Source of the DNA: Gracilinanus agilis
Taxonomy: Eukaryota
Direction of reading: 5' to 3'
Assembly (NCBI RefSeq): GCF_016433145.1
Contig: NC_058130.1
Location: 382,426,952-382,490,951 of the forward strand
DNA: 64,000 nt
The position numbers and the translations under genes are program-made. The notes below the pieces were generated by a model. It worked only from the letters and a program-made list of their open reading frames with translations, did no database searches and had not been told where the DNA came from. Numbering within the stretch: position 1 is the first letter of the stretch; the number at the start of each line of letters is the position of its first letter. Of this stretch, positions 26,701-40,300 are shown piece after piece.

Positions 26701-27999
26701 AATCTAATCTTTGCTGTGTATACAGGGATAGGGGGTGTGTACCTGAAGATTTTCTGTCATCTCTAAATGTGAACCTATCCAGAACTGTGCAAAGAATTTA
26801 TTTTCACTGGTTCGGCAAAGCAGGGAAACGTGGTTTCATTTCTCTACCAATCCCTCTCTCCCTGGAAGGTACCCTAGTTGGGCAGGCTGAGGACATCATT
26901 TCCACAGCTGTCTGATTCTCAATCCCCAGGGAGCTTGGACTTGAGTGCCAGGAAGAGTCTTTGATCTATTTATTCTTGGGTTTTCCTCAGGATTTCAAAG
27001 AACTTTTTTTTTGAGACAGTGAAGTTGTTTTCCACTACTCCTTTGGGGGAGGGGTACACTGGACTATTTTCTGATTTGGAACCTCACAGGAATCCATTCT
27101 GAGAACTTAGGCCATTTCTACGGTTAGGTTGGCAAGATTTATAGATACAAATGATACAAACTTCAAAAGCCAAGATGTGCCCCACTCAGCAAGCTGACCC
27201 CAGAGAGGCCTCTCCGCTGCTCCTCTGATGTTAACAGACACCTGAACAAGCACAGTGGATGGGAACGTGATGCTTTATTCCCTGTTCATCTTTCTGGAGC
27301 TCAGATTTGTCAGAGCTGTTCTCCCCATTCTCAGATTATAAAGCAACTTTTGTGTTGGGACCCCAGGAAGAGAGTGGATGTGACATTCAAAGCTTCTTAA
27401 AGGCGGAGTTTTTCCATGTAGGGTCATAGCCAGCTAACCCATCTGCCTTTGACTATCTTCCAACCGGCTGACACAAAAGTGGTCCCATGCCCCCTTCACC
27501 CACAGCTCGGAAGCTGCCCTCCAAACTAATTCCACCTGCAATGGGAATTTCTCAGCTGAGGGTCTGTGCTGGCATCACAAGCATCTGTAGTGTAATCTAT
27601 TATTTAGTTCTTTCATGGGAAAGGCCCCTTTATTGCCTGTAGGATACCCTACATCTGCCTTTTATGACTCTCTGGGTCTTGATCCCTAGTCTACCTTTCT
27701 AAACCAAACCAATGGTCTGCCTTTAGCCTTCCTGGGTAGGTTGTGCCAGCACATAGTGGGGGAATATTTTCAATGACTCTTACCTTTTTTTCATGGCAAA
27801 GGCCAATAGGAATGTTCCCTCAGGGCATGCCTGAACACCCAGCCCTCATTCTATTGGGAGCTATGCTCTTACCACTTCTCTTCACAAATATTCTAGCCTA
27901 GTCAGGATGATCTGCCCCCTCTGCACTACATGGTAATTTAGTTATTTTATTGCTATTTAATTTATACATACATTTATAAACACATGGACAGATAGATGG

Positions 28000-28770
28000 G
28001 AGCAGTGGATAAAGTGTTGGATTTACAGTCAGGAAGATTCCTCTTCACAAGTTCAAATCCAGCATCAGACTAGCTATGTGACCCTAGGTAAGTCACTTAA
28101 CAGTTTCCTCATCTCTAAAATGAGCTAGATATCTTTAAAAGTTTGCTCTATGGGAGGTAGCTGGGTGAATCAGTGAATTGAGAGCCAGGTTGAGATGGGA
28201 GGTCCTAGGTTCAAATCTGGCCTCAGACACTTCCTAGTTGTGTGACCCTAGGCAAGGTCACTTGACCCCCNNNNNNNNNNNNNNNNNNNNNNNNNNNNNN
28301 NNNNNNNNNNNNNNNNNNNNNNNNNNNNNNNNNNNNNNNNNNNNNNNNNNNNNNNNNNNNNNNNNNNNNNNNNNNNNNNNNNNNNNNNNNNNNNNNNNNN
28401 NNNNNNNNNNNNNNNNNNNNNNNNNNNNNNNCTGAATAAATAAACAAAAAACAAACAAACAAAACAAATAAATAAATAGATGGAAGATTGCTCTATGGTA
28501 AAAATGAATAATGTGGAAATAGATATCAAATGATAACATTTGTACAACCCAGTGAAATTGCTTGTCAGCTCTGTGAGGGGGGAGGGAAGAAGGGAAAGAA
28601 AGAAAATGAATCATGGAAACATGGGAAATATTTTTAAAAATAAAATAAAAATTTTATATGAAAAAATAAAATAAAATGAGCTAGAGAAGGAAATGGCACA
28701 CTATTCAAATATTCTTTGCCAGGAAAACCCAAAAATGGAGTCATGAAGACTGAAATGACTCAACAACAAC
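28000..28770 (+). mobile_element. Nested stack: MAR1 split by an L1 3' fragment, which is split by SINE1_Mdo
   Basis: Outer TSD TAAAATGAGCTAGA at 28116-28129 and 28672-28685. Inner TSD AAG(T/A)TTGCTCTATGG at 28139-28153 and 28484-28498. Confidence 0.85.
28271..28431. other. Assembly gap (161 N)
   Basis: Run of N inside a SINE. Confidence 1.
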
Positions 28771-28899
28771 CAAAAATATGTATAAATATAACACATATTA
28801 TATATTTATTACATTATGACCAATAAGATTAGTCTTCTGTCTATAAATATACAATATTATCTATATCTACATACATATGCCACATCTCCCCATTAAAAG

Positions 28900-29080
28900 T
28901 ATAAGTGGCTCAGTGAAATTGAGAGCCAGGCCTTGGGTTCAAATATGATTTCAGACACTTCCTAGCTGTGTGACCCTGGGAAAGTAACTTAATCCCTATT
29001 GTCGATTCATTATCACTCTTCTGCTTTGGAACCAGTACACAGTACTGATTTGAAAATGGAAAGTAAGGGTTTTTAAATAA
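28900..29080 (+). mobile_element. SINE1_Mdo-like
   Basis: gtggctcagtgaaattgagagccagg...ggaaccagtacacagtactgatt. Confidence 0.8.
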
Positions 29081-29289
29081 ATAAAATATAATCAGTGGAG
29101 CACTGTCAGCTCTATAGCAGGAGTTTTTAATGTAGCAATTGTAGACATGAAAGGGCTCTGTAGACAGATTTCAAGGAAGGGTTGAACATGGATTGGGGTA
29201 AAAAAAATTACACCTTTATTGTCACTAACATCTAACTAGGATTTAGCATTTTCTTCAATTATGGATGTGGGTAACAAACCATATTAATA

Positions 29290-29592
29290 TTAGCAGTAGC
29301 TGTGATTTTTGTCACCAATAGTAATCACAGGTATTTTCACATCGTATTGCAACTGTTGAAAATATATTGAAATATTGTTTCCTTTGAAATTACTATGATT
29401 ATTTGACCTATCACTAGATCTCATGTGATTGGTCTTCCTGTCTCCCAACTGTATTTCAATATATTGAGTTTCTTTGGTAATTCTATACATTTTATTTTAT
29501 GCATTTATAAACGTTTTTAGGTAAAGGGGTTCACGGACTTCACCAGATTGCCAAAGGGATTTATGACCCATAAAAAAATTTAAGGGCCCCTG
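29290..29592. mobile_element. Ancient hAT-Charlie fragment (MER103/MER5-like)
   Basis: Terminus ggggttcacggacttcaccagattgccaaagggatttatgacccataaaaaaatttaagggcccctg. Confidence 0.55.
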
Positions 29593-30179
29593 GCCTAAAT
29601 GGCCTTTATGGTCTCTTTAAGCTCTAAGTCTCTGAACCTACAAACCTTCTTTTATCTACCTAGTTTCACCAGGCAAGAATTATATCTTCCCATTTTCACA
29701 GGTCATTTAGGAGCCTAAGGAGTTTGTAGAGACTAAGGCCAAATTTTTCAGAAATGACACTCAACTAAAAAGAGAGAGATCTGTTGCAGTCAGCAAACAA
29801 GAGTGATGGGCTTCATTAACATATTTTTCCAGAGAATGTAATATTTATTTCCCAAAGAAATATTTAGAGCCAGAATTTATGGATCAGTGGTCAGTATTTG
29901 AAATAGTAAACAGAGAGTACTGCATCCTGCCAGGAAGGAAGGTTTAACCTTCCATAGTTGTCTATCACCACCTGATCAGTGCCCTACCTAAGGAACAATA
30001 TTTGAAATAAGAGGCATTTGCTTGGTCACCTTTCTGACCTCCCATTCTGCACCCATTTCTTTGCTCTTGCCAACCCTAAGGCTGCCCAGAGACTGAATTA
30101 CCCTGATCAGGCAGCATCTCAATATGGAAAAAGAAGCATGGAGGTCTCTAAAATCCTGATGTGATCCAACCATTCCTAC

Positions 30180-31025
30180 CAGCTGTTGTCTCATATTTTT
30201 ATTTTCCCCCCTCTCTTTTATGACTAAACTCCTTGAGAAAGTCTCTACTTTCTCTTCTCATTTTCTTTTAAATCCTTTCCAATGGCTTCATATCTTTTCA
30301 TTCAACTGAAATTTCTCCCTCTAAATTTACCAATGATCTCATTACTGGCAAATCTAAGGATCTTTCCTTCTTGACCTCTCTGCAGGCATTGATACTGTTG
30401 GTCACCTTTATCTCTTGGATACTCCCTTCTCTTTAGGTTTTCACTGTTTTCTGGTTCTCTTTCTACCTTTCTGACCACATCGTTTTTAGTCTCCTTTGCT
30501 GTGTCTTCCTCTGGGTTATGGCCATGCCCTTCAGACATCCCTCAAAGCCCTGTGATGGGGATCTTCTTTTCTTTTCTATTATATACCATTGGTGTCAAAT
30601 TCAAACAAAAATAGAGATCTATAAATTAAGATGAAGTTGGACAGTTCTAAATGTAATGTTATCTTTGTGTTATTATATTTTTATGTTTTTTTGTTAAATA
30701 TATCCCCAATTACTTAATCTAGTTCTACTACCCTCAGATTCATGGAAGGTTGCCATTTGATACCTCTACTCTATAGTATCTTGATCTTAGCAAATTCCAT
30801 GTTTTCATTTACCAACTTTATGGACAAGATTCCCAGATCTATATATCCAGCCCTGGTCTTTCTCCTCATCCACAATCACACATCTCTTGCCTCTTGGACA
30901 CCTCAAACCAAGTGTCCTATAGATATTTTGAACTGAATGTGTCCAAAACAGGACTCATTACATTCCCCCCAAACTCTTCCCCCTTCTATATTTCCCTATT
31001 CCTGTTGAGATCTGTTCCCCCAGCC
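30180..31025 (+). mobile_element. L2 fragment with embedded MITE (30587-30768)
   Basis: ttgacctctctgcaggcattgatactgttggtcac (DLSxAFDTVDH-like) and ctgaatgtgtccaaaacaggactcatta. The MITE has decayed TIRs cattggtgtcaaa/tttgatacctcta. Confidence 0.8.
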
Positions 31026-31029
31026 AAGG

Positions 31030-32630
31030 CTAATATGGTTTTTTGTTTTTGTTTGACTATAAAGATTTGTCATAAGTATTAGTATCTATTTGAAGTAGGA
31101 TAGAAACAGTGGGTTTATGAATAGTGATAGAAAAAGTGTTCAAGAGTGGGCAGAGCCAATATAATTAAAATGATAATTCTATGTGAACTAATTCATCTAT
31201 TCAGTGTCATCCTAATTAAATTACCAAAAAATGTTATTGAACTAGAAAAAAATAATAGAATTCATTTGGAAGAGGAAAAGTCAAGAATATTAATGGAATT
31301 AATTAAAAAATGTGGAGGAAAGAAATCTAGCAGCACCAGATTTACTTTTAAAGCAGTAATTATCAAAACTACTGAATACTGGCTAAGAAATAGAAGAGTA
31401 GATCAATGGAACAGAACAGACATACAACATACAGTAGCAAAAGATTATAATAACCTTGTGTTTGACAAAAGTAATGATCCAAGTTTTGGGGATAATTATT
31501 CTTTATTTGACAAAAATTGTGGGAAAACTGGAAATCAGTCAGGCAGAAACTAGATATAGACCAATATTTTACACTATTTACCAAGATGATATCAAAATGG
31601 ACACAAGAGACAGAAAGCATTGTAAGATGTAAAATGGATAATTTTGAACACATTTAATTTAAAAAGTTTTATATAAATAAAACAAATATAGCCAAAATTA
31701 GAAGGGAAACAGAAAACTGAGGGTAGTGGTGAATTAAAGAAAGTTTCTCAGATAGAGATCTCATATCTCAAATATATAGAGAGCTTTGTAAAATTTATAA
31801 GAATATGAGCCATTTCTCTCTTGATAAATGGTCAAAAGATAGGAAAAGACTTGTTTTGGATAAAGAAAATCAAAACTATATTTAACTATATGAAAAAAAT
31901 GTTCTAAATCATTGATTAGAGAAATGCAAATCAAAACAACTCCAAGATATCTTATACCTATCAAACTGGATAAAATGATAAAAGGGCAAAATGACAAATG
32001 TTGGAAAAGATATGGAAAAATGAGGACATTACTATACTGTTGGTGGAATCGTGACCCAATCTAACCATTATAGAGAACAATCTGAGATTATGCTCAATGA
32101 GTTATAAAACTGTGCATACCTTTTGAACTAGCAATACTATGCTTAGGTTTATTTCCTAAGTTGATCAGGGAAAAAAGAAAAGAACCTATATGTTCTAAAA
32201 TATTTATAGCAGTTCTATTTTGTGGTGGCAAAGAACTGGAAATTGAAGGGATAACAATCAATTGGGGAATGGCTAAACAAGTTATGACATATGATTGTTA
32301 AGGAATACTACTGCAACACAAGAAATGACTAGCAGTTCAATTAAAAAATATTGGAAAGATCTACGTGAAATTATGAAAAGTGAAATGAGCAGAACCAAGA
32401 GAACATTATATACAGCAACTGAGTTATTTGAAGAATGACTTGTTATCCACCTCCAGAGAAAGAACTGATCAATAGAAATAAGCAAGACAGAATTTTATAT
32501 ATACATTTATCTTTTTGTCAAATGTAAGTATAAGTATAAGGAGGAGAGAGAGGAAGGGAGAGACCTGGGAGTTTTAATATAAGAAATAAACTAATTAATT
32601 GATTAAATAATTAATTTTTAAAAAAGAAAA
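31030..32630 (+). mobile_element. L1 ORF2 3' half plus 3'UTR
   Basis: ORF 31146-31553 GRANIIKMIILCELIHLFSVILIKLPKNVIELEK is a degenerate form of L1 ORF2 [26 protein letters not shown]. Confidence 0.92.
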
Positions 32631-34045
32631 AAGGCATTGGTAAAACACTTAAAATTCACAAAAGAAAACAGAATGAAGGTCAGGAGGAGTTACACAGCAA
32701 TTTTGTTACTACCTTTTAAAGTCTTTTTTGTGTGTATGTAATTCTCTTTTTAAATTATATACAACAAAAACCATTTGCTTACATAATTTCTTCTCTGTTC
32801 TTTTTATCTTGAAATGGTTGTATTTGCTTATGGTTATTAAGATCACAATGAAAAGTATTTTTTTAATGAGTTTAGATTAGATGATCTCTAAAATCCCTTT
32901 AAGCTCTACTTTTATGATGACTTTACCTATACCAGGCTCTGGAAGAAATACAAAGATACAGCACTTTCTCTCTTGGTGTGCTTAATCTAACAAGGCAATA
33001 CAGCACATGTGTAAATGACTGTGATACAAAATAGACAATGACAACCATCTGAGACATGTAAATTGCTATTTGAATTAGCTGTATATCTTAGTCAATAGTC
33101 CTTGGATACAAATGTAGTCCCTTGGACAACAAGTCACTTTGAAGTACAAAAGCCAAGTCTAATTTGGCTGGAGTATTGCCTATGAAAAGTAGTGGATGTT
33201 ATCAAAATAAATGGAGGAGGGCAGGACTGTAAAAAAGAACCTTTGTACATCTTAAAGAAATCACAAGTGTAATCAAAAAGGGGGAAATAAGCATACAACA
33301 TGCGCTTACAATCAAATTGAAATAATTTAACTGTAAATAAAGTGAGGCAAAGAAAAAAATCATAGAAACAATAAGTTCTTACATTAAAGTTAAAATAAGA
33401 GAACAGAATACAAAATTCTCAGATGCATTTAAAGCAATCATGAGCAGGAAATTTATCTCTATGAACATATCAACAAAATTGAGAAAGAAAACAATTAATT
33501 AAGCATGTATCTGAAATATGAATAACTCTCCTACAAAAATGAAATTAGATCAGACTTTTAAAAATCAAAGAAGAGATGAACAAAATCTAAAATAAAAAGT
33601 ATATTAAGATAATACACAAAACTAAACAGTTTTTGAAAAGACTAACAAAATGGACAAACCATTAATTAGGCAAAGTGATTATTTTTGGAGCTGTCAAGAC
33701 TAAGTTACTAAAATCTATAAAGACAGAGAATTCAAAATAGAGAGGAAATAAAGATCATTATCAGGAGGTCTTATACCCAATTATATGCCAACAAAACTGA
33801 TTTTAAAAAAAGAATGCATACTCCCAGAACAGGAAAAAAGAGTAGCTTAAACACTGATCTCAGAAAGATAAATTGAGCTAGGCATTTCATGAACTCTCAA
33901 AGAATTTTCTGAAATCAGAGATTCATTTAAAGAATACTCAAGCTATGTAACTTCTTCATAAAATTAGGGAAATTCCCATTCTAAGATAATATGATCTTGA
34001 TATCCAAAACAGAAAGAAATTAAAATAGAGAATGAATCCATAGAC

Positions 34046-34238
34046 CAGTGATTCCCAGACTTTTTTGGTCTACCGCCCCCTTTCCAGAAAAAATATTACT
34101 TAGCCCCCTGGAAATTAATTTTTTAAAAATTTTAATAGCAATTAATAGGAAAGATAAATGCACCTGAGGCCATCACTGCCTCCCTGGATTGCTGCAACAC
34201 CCACCAGGGGGCGGTAGCACCCACTTTGGGACTCACTG
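34046..34238. mobile_element. hAT MITE, 193 bp, perfect 8-bp TSD
   Basis: TSD CCATAGAC at 34038-34045 and 34239-34246. TIRs are CAGTGATTCCCAGACT and ACTTTGGGACTCACTG. Confidence 0.92.
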
Positions 34239-34259
34239 CCATAGACCAATAGAACTAAA

Positions 34260-34950
34260 TTTTTTTGGTTTGAACTTGTGATTTATCAATGCAGGAAGCT
34301 TCCTGTATGGAAATTTCTTCCAATTGATTGCCAACTTGTCTATAAACTATAATCTTTGAGAGTTGCCAGGTAGCCAAGAGGTGAAATAACTCACTTAGAA
34401 CTACCTAATTTAAATGTTTAAGAGGCAAGATTTGAACTTTGTTATTCCTGATTACAGAATCACTATCAGAAGCTCTTATATCCAATCATATGCCAATATA
34501 TCTGTCTATATCACTCTGTCTCTCATCACTAGTAAATATTGATGTAAAAATACTAAATGAAATATAAGAAAAATGGCTTCAGCAATATATACAAACATAT
34601 AATATATACATATATAAAAATATAAATTCATTCATTAATTCATTCATTTATTTTAATGATCAGGTTGGCTATGTACCAAGAAGGCATGAGTGGTTTAGCA
34701 TTATATAAAAGCTCTTATCAGAGGCCTAACTAAACATATAATTTCACATATGGAGAACTCCCAATGTGGGAACTTTCCCTCCAGGGAACTTGCCCATAAT
34801 TCATAGTCACCAAAAGGTACCTAGCCGCTGAGAAACTAAGTCACTTATGCAGGGTCACAGAGCTATTTTTGGGCAAGGAATGGAACTTAAAGCCAGGTCT
34901 TCCTGACTCAATGGCTGGTCCTCTTTCCACTATGCCATATTACCTCTTAG
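34260..34950. mobile_element. Two MIR-core marsupial SINE relics (MdoRep1-like; 34260-34450 and 34745-34950)
   Basis: Shared motif gaagcttcctgtatggaaat/gaactcccaatgtgggaact followed by a MIR core. Similar pieces occur at 1-115 and 48335-48520. Confidence 0.4.
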
Positions 34951-36939
34951 AAAGATCACATTTAATGGAAAATCTAAAAAAATTATATGTTGTATCAATT
35001 ACAAAAATAAATTTCACAAAACATTGATTATATCAATTTACACAGAAAAAAGCCTTAGATAAAAGACATTATTCATTCTTGTAAAACACTAAAAAGCATC
35101 GAAGTAAAAGTACTTTAATATAATTAAAAGCATCTGCCTACATCCAAGATATAATGAAAAAAAATGCTATTTGTGCCAATGAAATAAGAAAATAAATTGA
35201 GAGAATCAGCAGCAAAAAGGATGCTAAATTATCTTTATTTGAAGATTATATGGTGATTTGCTTAAACAATTTCAAAGATTAAAAGAAAATACTTAACAAG
35301 AATAGCTTCAGAAAAATAACAAGATACAAGAAAAGTCTACATATCATCAGATTGTCCATATTTTAATAAGAAAATCTGGGAGGGAAAAATAGAAGAGAAA
35401 GGGTTCTTAAAATAACTTGAAATACATAAAATAGTTGGCTTTTAAGCTATTAAGACACATAGCATTTGTGTAAATACAACTACAAAATGCCTTTTATGGA
35501 AATAAATGGAGAATTAAAGAATTGGGCGGGGGGCGGAATTCATTGCTTAAAGATGATCCACACTAAGATTTTGTAAAATTGATATTACTTAAGTGTTTTG
35601 TTCTATGCCAATCAAACAGAGGTTGCTTTGTAGAACTTTGTAGAACTAGACAAAATAATAAAATAAATCAATTACAAGAACAAAAGAAAAACTCTATGGC
35701 AATAATAAGAAAATAGGAAAGAAACATATCTTTCTGGACTACTAGATCTCGAACTATATTGTAAAATAGTCTTCAAGAAAATTACTTGGTATTGGTTACA
35801 AAATAGAAAAGTAGGGCAGACTAAGTAAGCCAGATCCAGATGCAACCAAGCATAATAGCCCAATGTTAAAGGAAAACCAAGAGCAAAAACCACTGGAGTA
35901 ACTAATGTATTTAACAAAAACTGCTGGGAAAATTAGATTGAAGTTTGGCAGTAAATTCCAAATGGATTCATGCCCTAAATATAAAAGGCCACATCATTTA
36001 AAAAATATAAAATAAAAGAGAGCATATATACCTTTGCTATCTTTGGCTGGCAGGAGAATTTTTAATCAAAGGAAAAAAACAGTAAAAGATAAGAATCAAT
36101 ATTAAAAATAAGAGCTTGAAGAGCTTTCATATAAACAAAATCAATTTAGTTAAGATGGGGGGGGGAGCTCTGCATTTGAGGGTGGAGAGGGGAGAAATCT
36201 TTACATTAAATACTCAGAAAAATCTGATATCCAAGATATATAAGGATTTGACCAAATACAAAATTAGACCAAGTGCCATTCCTCAATAGCTAGGTGGTCA
36301 AAGGATATGATCAAATCATTCTCAGTACAGGAAATGCAAATGATTAACAATCATTTTAAATGCTTTTAATTACTAACAATAAATGCAATGTAAATTAAAA
36401 CTCTGAGGTTTCACCTGACACCTACCAAATTGGTGTAATAAAAACAGGAAACAATCAGTGCTTGAAAGGCTCTGGGTGAGAAGACAAGCACACTGAGGAA
36501 CTGTTCATGGAATTGGGAATTCATCCAACTGTTCTGGAAAAGAATTTGGCATTGTGCAAGAAAAGAGAACTTTTCATATCCTTTGACCCAGAGATCCTAC
36601 TATTAGTCATATGCTTCTAAGGTGGTAAATGACAGAAAGAAAAAATACAATATATTCATAGCACATGCTTTGTTGTAGCAAAAACCTGGGGGTGGGGTGA
36701 GTGGGGGGGGAGAAAGTGAGTGTTTCACCTCAAACTCATCTAATTGGACAATATAGTAAAAAAACAAAAATAGTCAATGTTAGAGGATTTCAATGTTTAG
36801 CATAGTGAATGGCATGTAATAGGTGCTTAATAAATATTTGTTGACTGACTGAAGTTTGTCAAGCATTCTAATATACTGTTGGTAGAGCTTTCAGCCTTCA
36901 GTGGGTAGAGCAATCAACAAGAAGAAATTCTCTTTCAAG

Positions 36940-37125
36940 AAAGACAGCATGATGGAATGTTTAAGGCACAGTACTTGGAGTCAGAAAGAACTGGGTTTGA
37001 TTCTCATCTTAGAAATGTCCTAATTGTGTGACTGTGGACAGCTCCTGTAATCCTCTCTACGTCCTAATTTTCTCCTCTGTAAAATGAGGGAGTTGGACTC
37101 AATGGCATCTTAAGTCCTTTCTAGA
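36940..37125 (+). mobile_element. MIR
   Basis: ttggagtcagaaagaactgggtttga...ctctgtaaaatgagggagttggac. Confidence 0.75.
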
Positions 37126-37269
37126 AGGAATATTTAAATCTAATAAAGTTAATCTAAAAATTTAGATTATTAATTTAAATTTTTATTTAATTTAAATCTA
37201 TGATCTAATAAATAAGGAGATAAAGGACCTACCCTGGGTACTTAGGGTGCCACAACTTGGGAAGAATAT

Positions 37270-37690
37270 TATAAGCTGAAGACAATCCAGAGGAGATAAT
37301 TAGGATGATGAAAGCCCTTGGGTCTGTCAGTTGAGGATAGCTTGAAGAAAGTGGGGTTAATTAGCATGAAAAAGAGAAGTTTCCAGTGGGACATGATAAT
37401 TTTGTTCAAATATTGGAAGGGCTATTACAATTAAGGAAAGATTAAACTTTATCCTCTTTGGCCCTAGAGAACAAGAAGAGGAACAGTGTTATAAAGAAGC
37501 AAATTGAGGCTCAATGTCAGAAAAAAAAAACTTAAGAATTAGAATTGTCTAGAAGTGGAATATATTCCTCTGGCAAGTAGAAATATTCCTCCTCCTTGAA
37601 AATCTTCAAGAAGAGTGATAATCACTTATCAAATATGTTATAATGGGGATTCCTTTGGGGAATTGTGTTGGACTGGATGACTGCTAAATT
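37270..37690 (+). mobile_element. L3/CR1 3' fragment
   Basis: gaaaaagagaag...gggacatgataattttgttcaaatattggaaggg corresponds to the CR1 ORF2 C-terminus. Confidence 0.75.
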
Positions 37691-38199
37691 TCCATCTTCA
37701 ACATTCTATGATTCTATAAGCTATAACTTGGTCCAACCAGTCTGGAAAGAAAATTTCAATCATGTTAGAAAAGTCATTAAACTGTTCAAACTCTTTGATT
37801 CAGCAAGCCTGCTCCTGAGCATGTACCTTGCCTGTATCAGTCACCATTTGTTCAAGTGTTGACTATGTTCTAGAAACTGTGCTAAGCACTGGGAATACAA
37901 ATATAAGCAAAAGAAACAGTCCCTGCCTTCAAAAAGCTTACATTATAATGGGAGAAGACAACCCACAACAGTAGAGAAGAAAAGGTATAGACATGATAGT
38001 GAAATCCAGAGAGTTAGAAGCAAAGATGGGAGAGAATTGAAGGATAGCCATCTTGATCCTCTCCCCAAAATGGAGGCCCTGGGAAGAATTCACCTAATGA
38101 AGGAGGGGACTGTAAGGATGAGGAAAGCTCAGGGTAAGAAGGTAATTGCAGCTGGTGGTAAAGTCCAGAAATCATAAACAGGACTCTGAGGCAGTCAAA

Positions 38200-39150
38200 G
38201 ACAAAAACAAATGAGTCATTTATAATAAAATGGTCCTGGCCACATTTTTTGTGATAGCTAAAAATAGAAACAGTTGTTCCCAGCAATTGGGGAATGGTTG
38301 AACAAATTGGAGTATATGGATATAATGGAATTCCAATACTTTGTATATAAGAAATAAGAAGTATGAACAATTTAGAGAGACATTGAAACACTTGTATAAA
38401 TTGATTCAAGATGAAACAAACACAACCAGGAGAACAATATACACAATTGGCTATCATGATATAAATGAAAATAAGACACAAAGACTACTAAAGTCAGGTT
38501 AATAAAATCATTGTTGAATCTAGAGGTCAAATGACTTCAAATGCAGTTTTATTTAATCATTTTTTCTTTGTTACACAACAGGAATTAGAGATGGAGGGAG
38601 GGAAGGGCATGCAAAAAAAAAGATTGCAATTTTAAAAAACTGTACACAATAAAAAAATTTAAAAAGAAACACTGAGTGCCAATTGATTGGAGGAAGGCTG
38701 AGTAAATCGAGGCTTAGGGGTTCAATGGATCATTACTGTAACATAAGAAATAACAAATGTGAGAAATTCAGAGAAACATGGGAAGACTTGTATGGATGGA
38801 TGCATGTGGACATAGGACCTAGAGAACAAAATACACAGTGACTACAATGATTTAAATGAAACCAATATAAAAAGTCAACTAAAGTAAGATTAATGGAAAT
38901 GAAAACTCTTAGTTTCAGAAAACGGAGAATGAAACGTATATTCTTCCTTTCCAAGAAGTGGTAGACTATAGGCACAAAATGCTGCACATGCTATCATTTT
39001 GTCTGCCTTTTCAGTTTTGCTTATTTGCTTTTTTGTTGTTGTTTGTTTGTTTGCTTTTACAAAGCTTTGGTGGATAGGCGAACTTAAACCTGGAAATGTG
39101 AGGTTAAAAAAACAAACAAACCCAAAAGTCATCAATATTTTTAATCTGAA
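38200..39150 (+). mobile_element. Two old L1 3' fragments
   Basis: gcaattggggaatggttgaacaaattggagtatatg; caattgattggaggaaggctgagtaaat...gggaagacttgtatg. Confidence 0.7.
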
Positions 39151-39549
39151 AAAAAATTGTTTTTTCTTCTTAAAGACTAAACAAGTGAGGAGATATATCG
39201 TAGAAGTATGTTGTTCAGAGCTCTTTCTCCAAGGTTTCCCTGTATTTATAGTTGGCAGAAATAAGCAAGTGACATCAGGAGCCCAGGAGTGCCTAGCTTG
39301 GCCTATAGAGACCCAGGGTGAATTGTGATTCCTTTTGAATCTGAATTGCTCTTGTTCCATCAGCAAGGGGAGAGCTCGGTACTCTTTCTGGAGGGCAGCA
39401 CTGAGCTCTATTTGTTTTCAATGGCTCATTTATTTCAGTGGGGGGTTGGAGTTTTTAAGGGGTTTTCTTTTTTATAAGTTCTTTTTTTTAGGGTCATAAA
39501 GAGCTTTAAGATGCCACGCATGAAAAGCTCTGGATAAATGCAACTTGTA

Positions 39550-40300
39550 CTGGATAGTAAAATACTGTATTGTACGGAGCTCAGTCCCTCAGATGAGACT
39601 GGAATTGGTAATTTCCTTGACCAGCGGCCGAGTGAAATGCCAACACACTGCAAATTGGAAACAGCGACAGCCCCCCCCCCCCCACTCCGCCCCAAGGGAC
39701 CTGTGCTGCCTGCAGTTTTAAATGAGGACCCTGAAAATGTGTGCAGAGGCAAACCAGACATCTTTACGAGAAATTACATGTTTGATCCTGATTGAATTTT
39801 CCTGACTTTTGCATTAAGGTGAAATTACATCATTTTTATGGAGAAACTCCCTCCCACCCCTATAAAGTGGCACTTTGGGGGCCCAGACCACTGTTTTCCT
39901 GACTGACTGTGCCAGTAAATCACATAAAGTACTTTTCCTGAGAGCAAGGGCTCTGCATTCTCTAGAAACCCTCCTGCCCACCCCAGCCGGTGTGTGACCC
40001 GCCCCATTTGCAAGAACCCAGAGCGCTCTCATTTATGGTGTTTTCACCCGTTTACGGAACTTTCCTTCAAATAGCCCTGGGAACTGACTGATATACGTAT
40101 TATTATTAAAATTTACATTTTATGGAACAGGAAACGGAGCCAGAGTCACCGACATAATGGGGATCCATTTGAACCAAGGCCATTTGACTCCAAATTCTAC
40201 ACTCCATTGCTTCGAAACTGAATGAATGCTTTCGGTTTCCGAGTCTCCGTTCACTTAGGATAGCTATCTCCTCACCCTATGACCCCTTTCCAGCTCTCTT
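39550..40300. promoter_or_regulatory. CpG-retaining, repeat-free candidate enhancer/promoter
   Basis: About 19 CpGs in ~730 nt against a CpG-poor background. GC boxes CCGCCC at ~39686 and ~39998, CACCC boxes, and TATAAA at 39861. Confidence 0.45.

Larger units (their letters stand above)
33230..36720 (+). mobile_element. Old, fragmented L1 ORF2 with younger insertions
   Basis: A-rich sense L1 relics (gcatttaaagcaatcatg; aagactaacaaaatggacaaacc; aaatattgatgtaaaaatact; ttatctttatttgaagattatatg; ggaaatgcaaatg). Confidence 0.7.

Noticed and set aside
28223-28614. ORFs spanning the N run
   Set aside because: Artefacts of translating N as X.
31146-31553. 135-aa ORF as a host gene
   Set aside because: It is a degenerate, frameshifted L1 ORF2 fragment.
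39538-39795. 85-aa ORF with a polyproline tract in the CpG-rich element
   Set aside because: The prolines come from a C13 homopolymer. There is no domain similarity and no splice support.
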